A DNA stretch of 63,430 bases, counting the filler, from Kipferlia bialata (Eukaryota): assembly GCA_003568945.1 (NCBI GenBank). It is 8 parts of 6 records of this genome, joined end to end, with 100 filler letters (N's around TTAATTAATTAA, not from the genome) between each part and the next. Parts side by side here need not be neighbours in the genome. Positions count along the whole stretch, not along the records: positions 1 to 17,172 come from BDIP01000540.1; positions 17,273 to 27,501 come from BDIP01000541.1; 6 more parts are not named here. The stretch is one strand, 5' to 3'. Within the stretch, counting starts at the first letter, position 1. Each line of letters begins with the position of its first letter. The notes under the pieces are model-generated. The model did no database searches. It was not told the origin of the DNA and worked only from the letters and a program-made list of their open reading frames with translations. The position numbers and the translations under genes were made by a program. Below are positions 13,287-25,200 of this stretch, in pieces.

Positions 13287-15474
13287 CTATTCCCCAGTTC
13301 CCCTTCCTATCCCCTCCCCTCCCTCTGTCAGGATGTGAGAGGCAAGTTGCTTGACAGAGACAGCAGGGGCACGCATGAGGACCTTTTGATGAGAGAGACT
13401 CTGTTGAACACCCAGACTAGTCTCTACTTTGTCATGACACATCAGCACTATACTCACCTCTGCCTTACACAGCGGACACAGGAGATCCCGTCTGACAGTT
13501 AGTGAAAGCTGTTGTCTGACTCTCCAATACTGATGCTATTGAATATATATATCGATTCTCCAAGAGACTGTCTGGTACCTGCCCTGCCTGGCCCATGCAT
13601 CTAGACACCCCTTGCACAGGGTGTGACCACAGGGCATGAGGGTGACTGGGTCACTGGAATGGGGTGCACCTCCCTCACTGGAGCAGTAGTGCTGAGGAGG
13701 TTAGTACCGATTGCCATGAGGATACTCTTCGATACAGAGCTCATACCTCGAAGCAGATTGGGCATGTAAGGATGTTGTCGACTGTCTCATCTGTCGCAAG
13801 GGGTGCAGGGGCAGGGTCTACAGGCTCTGTGACGGCACTCTGCACACTGTGTGTGGTCACACTAGTAGGGGCAGAAGATGTTTGTGGGAGAGGTGCAGCA
13901 CGACTTGCAGTCATGGGAATGTACATTGTCTCCTCGTCCCCAGCTTCTCTACCACTGTCACTAGTAGTATGCACCACTGTATCCCCTGCATGGGTGTCAG
14001 CATGGACAGGTGGGGGGGTGGCACTGACTGGGTAACCAAGACCATAGACTGCTGTTGAGGCAGTAGCAGTGTGGTCCGATGCACTAGGAAGTGGGTGCTG
14101 GGTGGGAGCTGTGGCTACTGTGGGTGGTAGGGAGGGCGCAAGGGTGTCCGGGGCGGGGCCAGCATTGAGAACAGCATGGGGGAGGGGTGCGTGTACAGGT
14201 ACTGTGGTTTGTGCTTGTACACTGGGGGTGTCATGGGTGGCAGCGTGGTGCATCGCAACCTGGGGTCATTGAGAGTCAGTAGGAGCCTCTATGAGAAAGT
14301 CTATATGGAACTCCCTAACCTCGTACCCATTGCAATAACAGATCATTTAGAGAGAACATAACTGGGAACATAACTGGGAATTACTACTTGTGAGGCCGTT
14401 GCGAACGCAAATACTGGGATAGACAACTCGTGTACCTGCAGTCTCACTCTGTCTCTCTGTTCTTGCTGAGACCTAACCTGAGGTCAGAAAGAGTTGAGAT
14501 GTGGGACAATATACTGGAACTGTGGTGTATTGGTCACAGTATCTCGACGTGACTAGACATTCATGACACATGATGAGACACAGCATAGAATCACTTTATT
14601 ATAGTGCGCACATACAGCGCATACTGTCACTACCTACGACGGACTCTGTTCCAATCATAGACTGTACGGTTCTCTATTTCGATAGGGTTGTCTTACCTGT
14701 CGGGCCGATGGTGGGTATGATGGTCTTGGGGGAGTGGGGTGGGGGGCAGGGGCTCCATAGGGCTGGGTGTAGGAGATTTGATGTGTATATGTGACTAGAC
14801 AGTGAAACGATAATATAGTCTGCATAGTGTATAATGTCTGTATATCAACAATCAACTGCAACCAATTGCGATATTAACTGTGTGGCAGGTGGCGACTAAC
14901 AAGTTGAAAGACTCACAAAATACGAGACAGCTTACCTGTCCTTGTGTGACTGTTGGTATGCTGTAGGCTGGGACCCCTGCAATGACGTGGAAGTACTGCA
15001 TCATGTTGTGATTCACAATAGGAGATGTGAAGACGGATGGCTATGAGTGGGACCATGAGAGTCGGACTACTTACCTGGATACTCGACCACCCCAGTGTAT
15101 GCCGCAGTGGATGGCTGGGTGTATGGGCTGGACCTTGCTGGAATACCTGGACCAGTCTCTCTGCGGTGGAGTCTGGGGTGAGAAGAGAGAGTTTCTATCG
15201 AGACGGTACTAAGACAGTGTCTACCGTACCTATGCCCCCCCTCCCTAGCTCTGACCACACAGTGCACAGGGTGCACAGGGTGGACAACATCCCCAAGGAT
15301 ATCAGTGGAGGACAGTGTCTGTCTCTCGTGCACCAGCATGTGTACCACTTGGTGCCTGGACACAAGAGTGGAGTGCTCCTCCAGAAGTGTAGCAAGGTCA
15401 CTCACATGTAGTGAGCCATCAATATCCACACAGAACTCAGTCCGGGTGTTGACAATCTTCACTTTCACCCTCAT
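13287..15474 (-). CDS. Ubiquitin-like domain + Pro/Thr-rich linker + C3HC4 RING E3 ligase (multi-exon)
   Basis: Exon 1 MRVKVKIVNTRTEFCVDI...HCVVRAREGG (UBL pattern); spliced RING CPICFE...PVTLMPCGHTLCKGCLDAW...LLCPLCK; intron phases consistent from ATG 15474 to TAG 13287. Confidence 0.8.
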
Positions 15475-15833
15475 AGACCACTGACCCCCCCACAGTGTCG
15501 TCAACAGGGGGCAGTACTGCTAGTGCCATGTACTAACCCAGAGAAGGAGAGAACTACTATTGATACTACACTCTTGTCCTACACCCTCAATTCTGCATCC
15601 GAAAGGATTGTCGGATATCCGACTCTCGTGCTGCTACAGTTGTACTCAGACCTTTCCACCCCTCCCACGGCCAACAGAGACTACTAGGTGGGTTAGCCGT
15701 GAAACTGGCAGTTAGAAGTGGTATTTGCTTCATATTCTGTGGGTTTTTGTAAGTGGAGGGGCCGTAGTTTTACGATTATACCCCTCTCTAGACTCACCAT
15801 TCTCGCATGTCCTCTCTCTCTCACCGCCAGGCG
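15475..15833. promoter_or_regulatory. Short divergent (bidirectional) intergenic region
   Basis: About 360 bp between the head-to-head ATGs of the UBL-RING gene and proteasome alpha-5. Confidence 0.5.
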
Positions 15834-16252
15834 ATGTTCATGACCAGTAGCAGCCACGACAGGGGGGTCAACACCTTCTCCCCTGAGGGCCGCATCTTCC
15901 AGATTGAGTATGCTATGAAGGCTATCAATGTGAGTGTGTGGTGTATAGTGACTATACGTCTGTCCTTCTGTGTGGTTTAGGGCGTTCGGTATTCAAGGAT
16001 CAGCTTGTTAATTGTCTATTGGATGTCTGGCAACCTGTTACGTGTCTCGTATATTGGGCACAATAGTGTGGTATATATTGTAGTGTCGTGTGTGTAGGGT
16101 ATGCCTGAATGTCTTATATTCGTCATAATTACCCATTTCCCTCCTCACTGTTCTCCACCCTATGCGCACATCAGTGTATTAACCCCCCCCGAAGCCTCTA
16201 CCTCCTCACCCCAGCTGTCCAGGAAGAAGACAGAAGTCCTCCCTTGCCCTGA

Positions 16253-16291
<39 letters not shown>

Positions 16292-17106
16292 CCTCTCCCC
16301 CTCACCCCCAGCTGTCCTCCACCGCCCTTACCCTGACCATCTCCCTCTCTCTCTCTCTCTCTCCCTCTCTCTCTCTCTCCCCCCTCACCCCCCCCCTACT
16401 TATCCCAGCTGTCCTCCACCGCCCTTGCCCTGACCATTGACAATGGCATTGTGATGGCCACAGAGAGGAGGGCAGCATCCCCCCTCAAGATATCAACATC
16501 AATCTACAAGGTGGGAGTGTGTGTGGGTATGGAATGTGATAATGGACTTTATGAGTGAATAAGAGAGAGAGAGAGATTCAACATCCATCTACAATGTGAG
16601 AGAGGGAGAAGATTCTGTTCGATGCTCTTTGTATGTACTCTATCATTGCACTCTTCCACTCTCCTTCCTGACCCCAGATTGTCGAGATTGACTCCCATGT
16701 GTACATTGCAGTCTCTGGCTACATTGCAGACTCCAACACCCTGGTCGATAGGGCCAGGGTCGAGGCACAGAACCACAGATTCACATTCAGTACGTTCACT
16801 GCCATACAGACTGATTAATCAACAATCTCCCCCTAATCCTGCCAATGAGAGTCTGTTATATACATCCCCCCCCCACCTCTGTCTCTCTATTACCTGGCAG
16901 GCCCATATCCGTGCCTTGTTCGGCCGTTATGATTACTATTTATCTATACTTCTACATACTATCCCCCCCCCCCCTTCCCTTACCCCCAGACGAGCCCATC
17001 CCCGTGCGTGCCCTAGTTGAGTCTCTGTGTGACGTCATGATCTCCTTTGGGGGTGATGAGGAGGGGGCCATGTCCAGGCCATTCGGAGTGTCACTGCTGG
17101 TGTCAG
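15834..17106 (+). CDS. PSMA5: 20S proteasome subunit alpha type-5 (4 exons seen, 3' truncated by contig end)
   Basis: [31 protein letters not shown] / [37 protein letters not shown] / [10 protein letters not shown]. Confidence 0.95.
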
Positions 17107-17172
17107 GTAGACATGTGTATATATGTATAAATGTATATCTATATATACATATGTATACATATATGTATATGA

Positions 17173-17272
17173 NNNNNNNNNNNNNNNNNNNNNNNNNNNN
17201 NNNNNNNNNNNNNNNNTTAATTAATTAANNNNNNNNNNNNNNNNNNNNNNNNNNNNNNNNNNNNNNNNNNNN
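17173..17272. other. Artificial contig linker
   Basis: 44 N + TTAATTAATTAA (stops in all frames) + 44 N. Confidence 0.97.
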
Positions 17273-17326
<54 letters not shown>

Positions 17327-17441
17327 ACTGTTTCTGTCAGCAGTTGGCTCAAGGTAACCCCTGTCTCTCTCGTTGTCTCGTTCTCTCTCTTCATCTATGT
17401 ATATCTTTCCTTCTCTCTCTTTGACACACCTACCCCTCCAG

Positions 17442-19398
17442 CCTTGATCGCTTCTTGTTCCGCCTCTCTATTTGTATGTATCCACAGATATGCATGGTTA
17501 TATCTACGTATGCCCCCTGACCCTAGCTCTCCAACCTTCGTGGCCTGTCCCCTATCCTTGCCGATGTGTACAGTGTGTGTCAGACACTGTATGTCCTGCC
17601 CCCTTCCCTGCAGCCACTGATGGTCATGTACATATACCAGGTATACGGACACTGCACTTCCTATGAATATATTATTCTATATATGTGTATATATATATAC
17701 TCCCTCCGCCCCTCCCCCCTTCCCTCTTAATCCCTAGGAGTCCTGGAAGAGTGTCCTCCAGCCATCCACGTACACAAGGCTCAAGCCAATACACACTAGG
17801 TATGTCTCCATCTGCCAATATTTCTATGATATATATTTGTCTCTTCACTCTTATAACTCTATATGTGTGTGTGTCTATCACCCAGGCTCCTCCTAGTCCT
17901 GGGTGCCATCACAAGTCTCTCTCTCTCTCTCTCTATGTATACATATGTATATGCATGTGCTAATACCCAGGCTCCTCCTAGTCCTGGGTGCCATCTCAAG
18001 TCTCTCTTTCTCTCTATATGTAAATATATGTCTATGCATGTGATAATACCAGACTTCTCCTGGTCCTGGGTGCCCTCATCACCGCTGGCCAGGTCTATGT
18101 CACCATCACGGCCCAGGGGGTGTCACTGGAGGAGGTATATACATGCTGTAATACGAGATGCGGTGATGTTCTCTCACTTCATTTCTCAACATATAAAAAG
18201 GCAGTATGTTGTCTCATTTCATTATTATTATACTTACGTCATGTATAATTATATGACAATATTGCATTGTCTCTCTAACCCCAGTGGTACACCAGCGATG
18301 TCTTCACTGTGCTGTACTGTGTGTATGCAGTGACACTAGGGGTCTATGCTATGCAGTGCATATCCATGACAGTGCTATGGGTTATGGCTTACAAGTACGT
18401 CGCCTCTCTCTCTCTTTCACACAGTACTGCCCTCTCATAGTTTGTATATCCAATGTGATACACGTATATAACGGAAAGTCTCTCTTCTCTCTAGTCACCC
18501 CAGGTTCCGCCGCCTCCTCCCCCCCTCCCACCAGCCCACCGTGCTAGGAGTCAAGCTGGTCAAGATCGATGCCATAGTGGTGCTCTCCTACCTTCTGACA
18601 CTGTTTATTCTGGTGCTCATGTACCTGGCGGTGCTACACGATAGGTATACATTTATAATTATTGATTATTGATGATACTCTCTGTTCCTGATATATTCAC
18701 TTGTACTTGTGGTCAGCATTCATCCTTCTTCTCATTCCGGGGCAATGATGCACTCTCTATGTCTATATATGCGCTCTATATATGCGCTCTATGCCCACTT
18801 TTCCTCCCACCCCAGGGCCAATGCTGCTAACATAGCTAATCCTTCGGCTGATCTTGCGGCACAGATAGAGACACTGATGCTCTACCACACACGCTATAAC
18901 TCCATATACTCCGTGCTAAACCCACTAGGTATGCATACACTTATCGTGTTTGCCTCAGACGGTCTGAGTCAGACTTCTTATGTAGCCTCTCTGTATGATC
19001 CTCTCTCTCTCTCTCTGTCAGTCTCTCTCTCTCTCCCACTGACCACAGACCTCCTCCTCCTCCTCAACCTCTCACTGCTATGGGACAAGAGACCCCAATG
19101 GATGAGGTACACACCACTGTGTATACTGTATATACTCCATATAAAATAGTGTGAGATATTGTAAGACTAATAGGTGAGATGGGACAAGAGACCACAATGG
19201 ATGAGGTACATACCACTGTGGATATCTTCTACATATTATTGTGTGGGTATTGTACATACTCGGAAGTTATCACTGTTGGTGGTAACAGGTCATATATACT
19301 GCTCGATATCCTCATATCACTCTCTCTCCCCTCCCACCCCCAGGCGTGACCATGCGACCAAGAGAGACACGGAGGGAGGCGCAGAGCTATTCCTATAG
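17442..19398 (+). CDS. Multi-pass membrane protein resembling a class A (rhodopsin-like) GPCR, TM2-TM7, 5' partial
   Basis: Spliced: VYSVCQTLYVLPPSLQPLMVMYIYQESWKSVLQPSTYTRL (TM3/ICL2-like), KLVKIDAIVVLSYLLTLFILVLMYL (TM6-like), YNSIYSVLNPLDLLLL (TM7 NP motif); phases consistent. Confidence 0.6.
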
Positions 19399-19716
19399 TG
19401 GGAGCTTCACCTGTGTGCCAGAGTTTCATAATTCATTCCCATGGCATATACACATGGGAATCACTAAGATAATTGAAATTTCATATTTCTTGACAAGTTC
19501 TCCTGGAGTAGGTACTTGTCTCTATTCAGTCTTTAATACTATTTGTAGATCTATCAGCAATAGATTCATCATCAGCATCTGTGCTTTGGTTTAGACTGGT
19601 ACAACGACAGCTTATGTCTCTCTCTCTCTCTCTCTCTCTCTCAGTCCCCCGTTATAGGAGAGAGAGACCGCACCCCCTCAAGGTCCCCTCTCTCCATGGC
19701 CGTCTTTAGACACGTC

Positions 19717-21681
19717 TCACCTAGGGGTACTGCTGACCCTCTCTTCAGCATACCACTCAGCCAGGTATTGCCCCTAGGCGTCAATATACACAGACGATTG
19801 AGATTGAGAGACCAGCGGATTGGTGCTTCCCGTTGGAAGTTGTGATTATCCTATAATATATACGTATGTCATAAAGTGCCCTCTTGCACACATACCTGTG
19901 TGATGCACCCAGGAGGCATGGGAGTAGGATGGTCCCAGTGGTGGTCACAACCTTGGAGTTAGTGTCTCAGTCGCATAATCTGCTGTCGGCCAATCTGAGT
20001 TGATAGGCAATGCCTATTAGGCATCACTCACGCTATACAAGATATGTGCCATCCTCTGCGTCAGAGTCTCGGTCCGATATCGGTACCAATGCAAACACTA
20101 TGTAGTACATACGCTTCCTAGAGGTGTCATATCCAACACACTTACCACCCCGTCCTCACAGGATGCCAGGTCAGGTCGGGCAGTGAGGAGGGGGGAGAAG
20201 CCAACCATCTGGGTGGTGAGGAGAGAATTAACGCATTATCCAACGTGAATGTATAATAGTGAGTAATCTATGCCGTGCTAGCCTTGTCCCAGAACTCCCT
20301 TGTCTGCAGTGCCACCCCTATGCTCTTGTGCCACAGCGACATGACAATGATGTCCTGTGCATCAGTGTGTGTGATATAGTAGCAAGGTCTTTAGAGTAAG
20401 GAGTATATTACTCTTCCATATAGTCTCTCACCACCCCCTTCCCCCTGACACTGTCCATTAAAGACAGAGCTGTCTGGACCCTTGAGTACTTGAAGGTCTG
20501 GGTGGGTGAGTGAGGGGATATACACACCCATTACTTTACTGTCCCCCAGGTCAGATGTTAGGGTGCAGACGCTAATCACAGAGAACTCCTTGCTTCTACA
20601 ATATTCAAAGACTAACTGCTAGTCTCTATCAATGTGAATATACGTGTTTGCAGAAGAGGTGCCAACGCACCTTGTCATCCAGTAGAACAGGAGCTCTGAA
20701 CAGACTACCAAATGCCCCCACGCGTAGGGTCTCTGCCACCTCCCTGTCCTTGTCACATGCATCTAGTGTGCAGTGTCTGATAGAAGGAGGGTATGACCCT
20801 ATATCACAGGGTGACAGACTGGCAGGTGAACCTCTCTGACGTGTCTCTTCTACGTCAGGGGCAGTGGTTACTAGAGACGCAGTTGGGTCATGTACACCAC
20901 CGAGTGCACGTGCCCACTTGACCTCGTCCTGAGAGTGAACATTGATATAACTATGGGTAAGTGCTTGTAATTGACACCGGCTCCAGTATATCTTGTTTAG
21001 CGTTAATGACATGTAAACCTGTAAGATGGGAACATAGCAATAGTAAGGGAACCTTGAGAGGGTCTCCTGGCCCTGCACTCAGACACAGTCTACATGCAGT
21101 GACATACTGGAAGCCTTCTGAGCATGAGGGTTAGTAGTGGAGTACGTATAGTATAAGTGCTAATATAGAGTACACGGTAGGCTCAGAATGGTGTATGACA
21201 CATACTGCCAACGTACCAGTGTTTTCCAGCAGGGTGAAGTACTCGTGCCCCTCTTTGACTCCTAGTGGTCTGGCCACTGTGACTATGAATAGAGTGGAGG
21301 GGTGGGTGTCTGCCTCTGACACACCAGCGGCATAGGTCCTCCAGCCTGATCATTAGAAAGTGTTAGGCTAACAATCTATGTCTCTTAGATCATATCCTAC
21401 ATCTCATAATTCTTCCAACCAGTGCGAAAGATGCTTGTATAGAAGGGTATTATATTATTACCACTCCCGCAGCACTCCTTACCATTGAGTGCCGACATCC
21501 TGTGGTCTCTGGTGTGCAGGTACTGCTGGAAGAAGGGTCTGGCCTCAGGGTCAGCCATCAACTCGGAGTAGGTGCCCTGGGATCAGTATCTATGGCATAT
21601 ATACTGTGACTACATCTGGTACCTTGTATGTGACTATGCCTCTCCTCATGGTGCACAGTGTCCTCACCATGGCCACCTCAG
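19717..21681 (-). CDS. Hypothetical multi-exon protein (ends approximate)
   Basis: Series of GT-AG-bounded exons, e.g. GTYSELMADPEARPFFQQYLHTRDHR and DEVKWARALGGVHDPT... Confidence 0.6.
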
Positions 21682-22249
21682 CTATGTGGAGGGGGTGGCG
21701 CATAGAGAGTTTAGTTACTGTTAGTAGTCTTGGCACTGTTTGGGGCCTGTGTCTCAGTTGTATGAGTAGGCCAATCCAATGGTTCTAATAATAGAGACGG
21801 AGTTGGTACAACCGGGCTCTTGTGTCAACATATGCGTGGCTTTCAGTATCATTGTCAGCTATCACGGGTAGGTGTTGGCATATATGGAGGTGAAGGTATC
21901 ACAAACAAATCGAAAGAGAGACTCTGATTACTCTACAGTGAGCCATATCTTCCCAGCAGATTATGGGATATATCGAGCAATTTCTCAAGTATGGGCCACA
22001 ACCCGGTGACAATGTCGAGTCAACACTGGTAATCTACAGAATAGATAATCATACAGGGTTCAAGAGTGTCAGAGTCAAGAAGTTCAATCTGTTATATAAT
22101 ACTGTTCATCTATGTGCAATTACATTCGCCACTGTTACAGTGTGACACTGTGACACTGTAATATGACGACTGTTCCCTCGTTCACTCACGTAATCTCACT
22201 CACACAAGTCCCAAGTGTGTATAGAGTTGTCCAATACTGGTCGAGTAAA

Positions 22250-25200
22250 CTAACCACAGAGATTGAACCAGACATCCTCGAAGTATGACCTCAGGGGGAT
22301 GCACTGCAGGGTGTCGGCTGAGATGAGAGTGTACACTCTAAAACATCAATACTCAGTGTATGGGTACTACCTACGATGCCACCCTCCCTCTTGTCGCTGT
22401 AGTGGGTCAGGACGAATGCTGCCAGCCCCTCGTACAGCTTGCGCAGTGTCGCCTCGGCGGAGGGATTGATGTCCTGGGGTGATACGAACAGAAGGTACAT
22501 GAGGCGTTGAGGAATTACATTAGGATCACACACTCAATGACTTGTTGTTACAACAAGTTGTTGTACCTTGCCAAGACACATAAGTGCCCGCAGTCTCACC
22601 CCCTCCTTCACCAGGCACCTATAGAGGGCAGCGTGCATCTTGCCAGCCTTGGACTGAGGGGTGGCACTCCCGTGATCCCGAGAGGCCACTATAACGTGTG
22701 GTACGGTTGCCAGTCCCTGAGTAAGTAGACTGGAGCCATATAGACAGTTGGATAGGAGAGTCTGAGTTATGGAAGGACTAGATATATCTAATTGCATACC
22801 TTCTTCAGAGCGCTAGGTGTCTTGACTGACGATATATCAAGGACAGTCAGAGAGAGCGCTCTGAGACCATCGCAAAAGGTCCTAGTGCGTGTGACCCCAA
22901 GGTCAGGCAGGTACACTACCATGCACTCCCCTGGTGGAAGGACCTGGGAGTTAGGGAGAGAAGAGAGAAGAGAGAAGAACAGGGGAGGCAGGGAAGTCAC
23001 AACTACTTGCACGCATCTCACATACCTGCTGGTAGAATGTGGTCTCTACAGTGTACTTTGACAGGCTCTTGCCTACTGCCAGGTCCTGAGTGAGCCCGAC
23101 CAGAGCCTCTACCGTCTCAGGGGTCAGCACACGGCGACACTCGGGGCCATAGAACCTTGCCTCCCCTGAGTAAGAGAAGCATTATAAATTCACCGCGTGT
23201 GTTTCGTCATATACATACAAGTGGTGGCGGCGACCAGGGTAAATACAAAATACATATGATATTCGGTGTTACATACCAAACTCCTCCTTGTGCCCTGCCA
23301 GGTCGATGTCTTTGAAGTCTGCTCTACCCATGTAGCCCTTACTAATGAGTTCAGCACACTCGCTTTTGCTACGGACAATCTGGTATCAGAGGAGTCTGGT
23401 GTGTATCTTTTCGGCAGAAGAGTTTATATCGGGTAGAGCAGTGTGATACTCGCTGTCTGACCTGTTTGTGTATGGCAGCGCGGGATGCACTGGCTTGAGC
23501 CTCAGTCTGTCCCATATAGCAGAGCACACGCTGTCATTAGGGTAAAGAGGCTTCATATACCAGTACAAGAACCACTTTCATATGCGTCTGGCCCACCTTC
23601 AGCACTGATGACTGCATGGTGCGGAGGAACATGAGATCAATGAGGGTCTCACCCCTCACTCCTACCATCAGCAGACCTGCGGTCTTGCGGATAGCCTAAG
23701 GTGAGTATTCACTAATTAATAATCTGGATACTCGGCATACACTCGAATATAATTGAGACTATAAGTCTATACATCTAAATACCCACCGGAATAGAGCGAC
23801 AGTATAGAGGTCCGAGCATCTTTTGCATTTGGTGGCGAGTCAACATGTTGAACCTGCCCTCATACTCGATAGAGCAAGCAACACCCACTCTCGTTCTCCC
23901 ATATAGAGTGTCTGATGTAAATGAGTAGGTGAGATGTCAGCGGTGTGAGGCAACCTACATCTACCATAAACAGTAATATCAACATATTCAAGCATTTAGC
24001 TGTGTTTGGTGCATCTCAAGAGGAACAGCATAATCAACGAAACGTTATGACTCATAGTAGTATAGCAATTATGGCGAATACTATGATACCCGCAGTGATG
24101 CTCCACACTGGAATCAGATCAGGTATCAGACGGCATGCGGCCACCACCTACGATTAGAGAACAAGGGAGAACACCCAATATCTCGCTAATGAACCCTGCA
24201 TCCCATACCTCTACGTCCGTCTGTAGGATGACCCCAACCGCTGTAGGCTTCTCAGGGGTTGGCTTGTACGTCTTCTTTCCACACAGTATATCTGCTACTC
24301 TCTGGGCAGCGGGAACAGGGGCCTTTCCATAGGAGACGCTGCATAGCGGTTTCCAGCCGGCGACAGCTGCCTCGATCTCTGGGGTTAGTGGCTACAGATA
24401 GTATATCGCAGGCCATTGGTAGACGCTTGGATATATATATACTGATAATCTCTCTTTCTCTCTGTCTCTATATACCCATATATCCATATACATAGATAAC
24501 TAATCACTGGCCTGTATCCGAGTAGTGACGAGGGAACCTAGCATCCCCGGCTGCATCGAGAAGCTCTGTCAGGGCAACGTTCTGAAGGTGAACACTCACA
24601 TGTACATTGAGCCAAATACTATGTGTATAATGGTCTCGATATATATACATATACATATATAACAAAATGAAGAGAAATGTAACAGAAGACACAGATTCTC
24701 TTCTATATATAGTGTACCTGTTTGTATGGGAGTAGAGTTCCTGATGATCTGAGGACATGGTTTGGGTCAAACTGGTCTACGGTTAGTGTGAATCACTAGA
24801 ATATTTCCTCCCTCACTTCAGAGTTGTACTAGAGTCAGAGTGTGACCTAGACTATACGAGACGTGTCATATACTGACGATTATATACATGGCATTAAGAA
24901 CTCAGAAGAGTAGTCCCGTACTTGTTGCTCTCATGATGGCCCGCCGGGACCCATCAGTCTCGTCCCTGTGCTCCCTTATCTCCTGTGGGGTGCGCATAAG
25001 ACCGTTGTTCTCCACACCCAGAGTGAGAACACAGGGCTGAAGTCAGTATGATCCATCTAGCTCAAGAAAGAATCCTCCATACTCACAATTACTAATTAGT
25101 ATTTGACGTACCTGGCCAGCCAGTTTCTTGTCACTCATACAACGTGGAATCAGTCCACCAGAGGGAACCCATCCCATTTGGTAAGTAAGGGGCAAGAAGA

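Noticed and set aside
17217..17228. Recurrent TTAATTAATTAA palindrome flanked by Ns (7 copies)
   Set aside because: Artificial contig-joining linker, not biology
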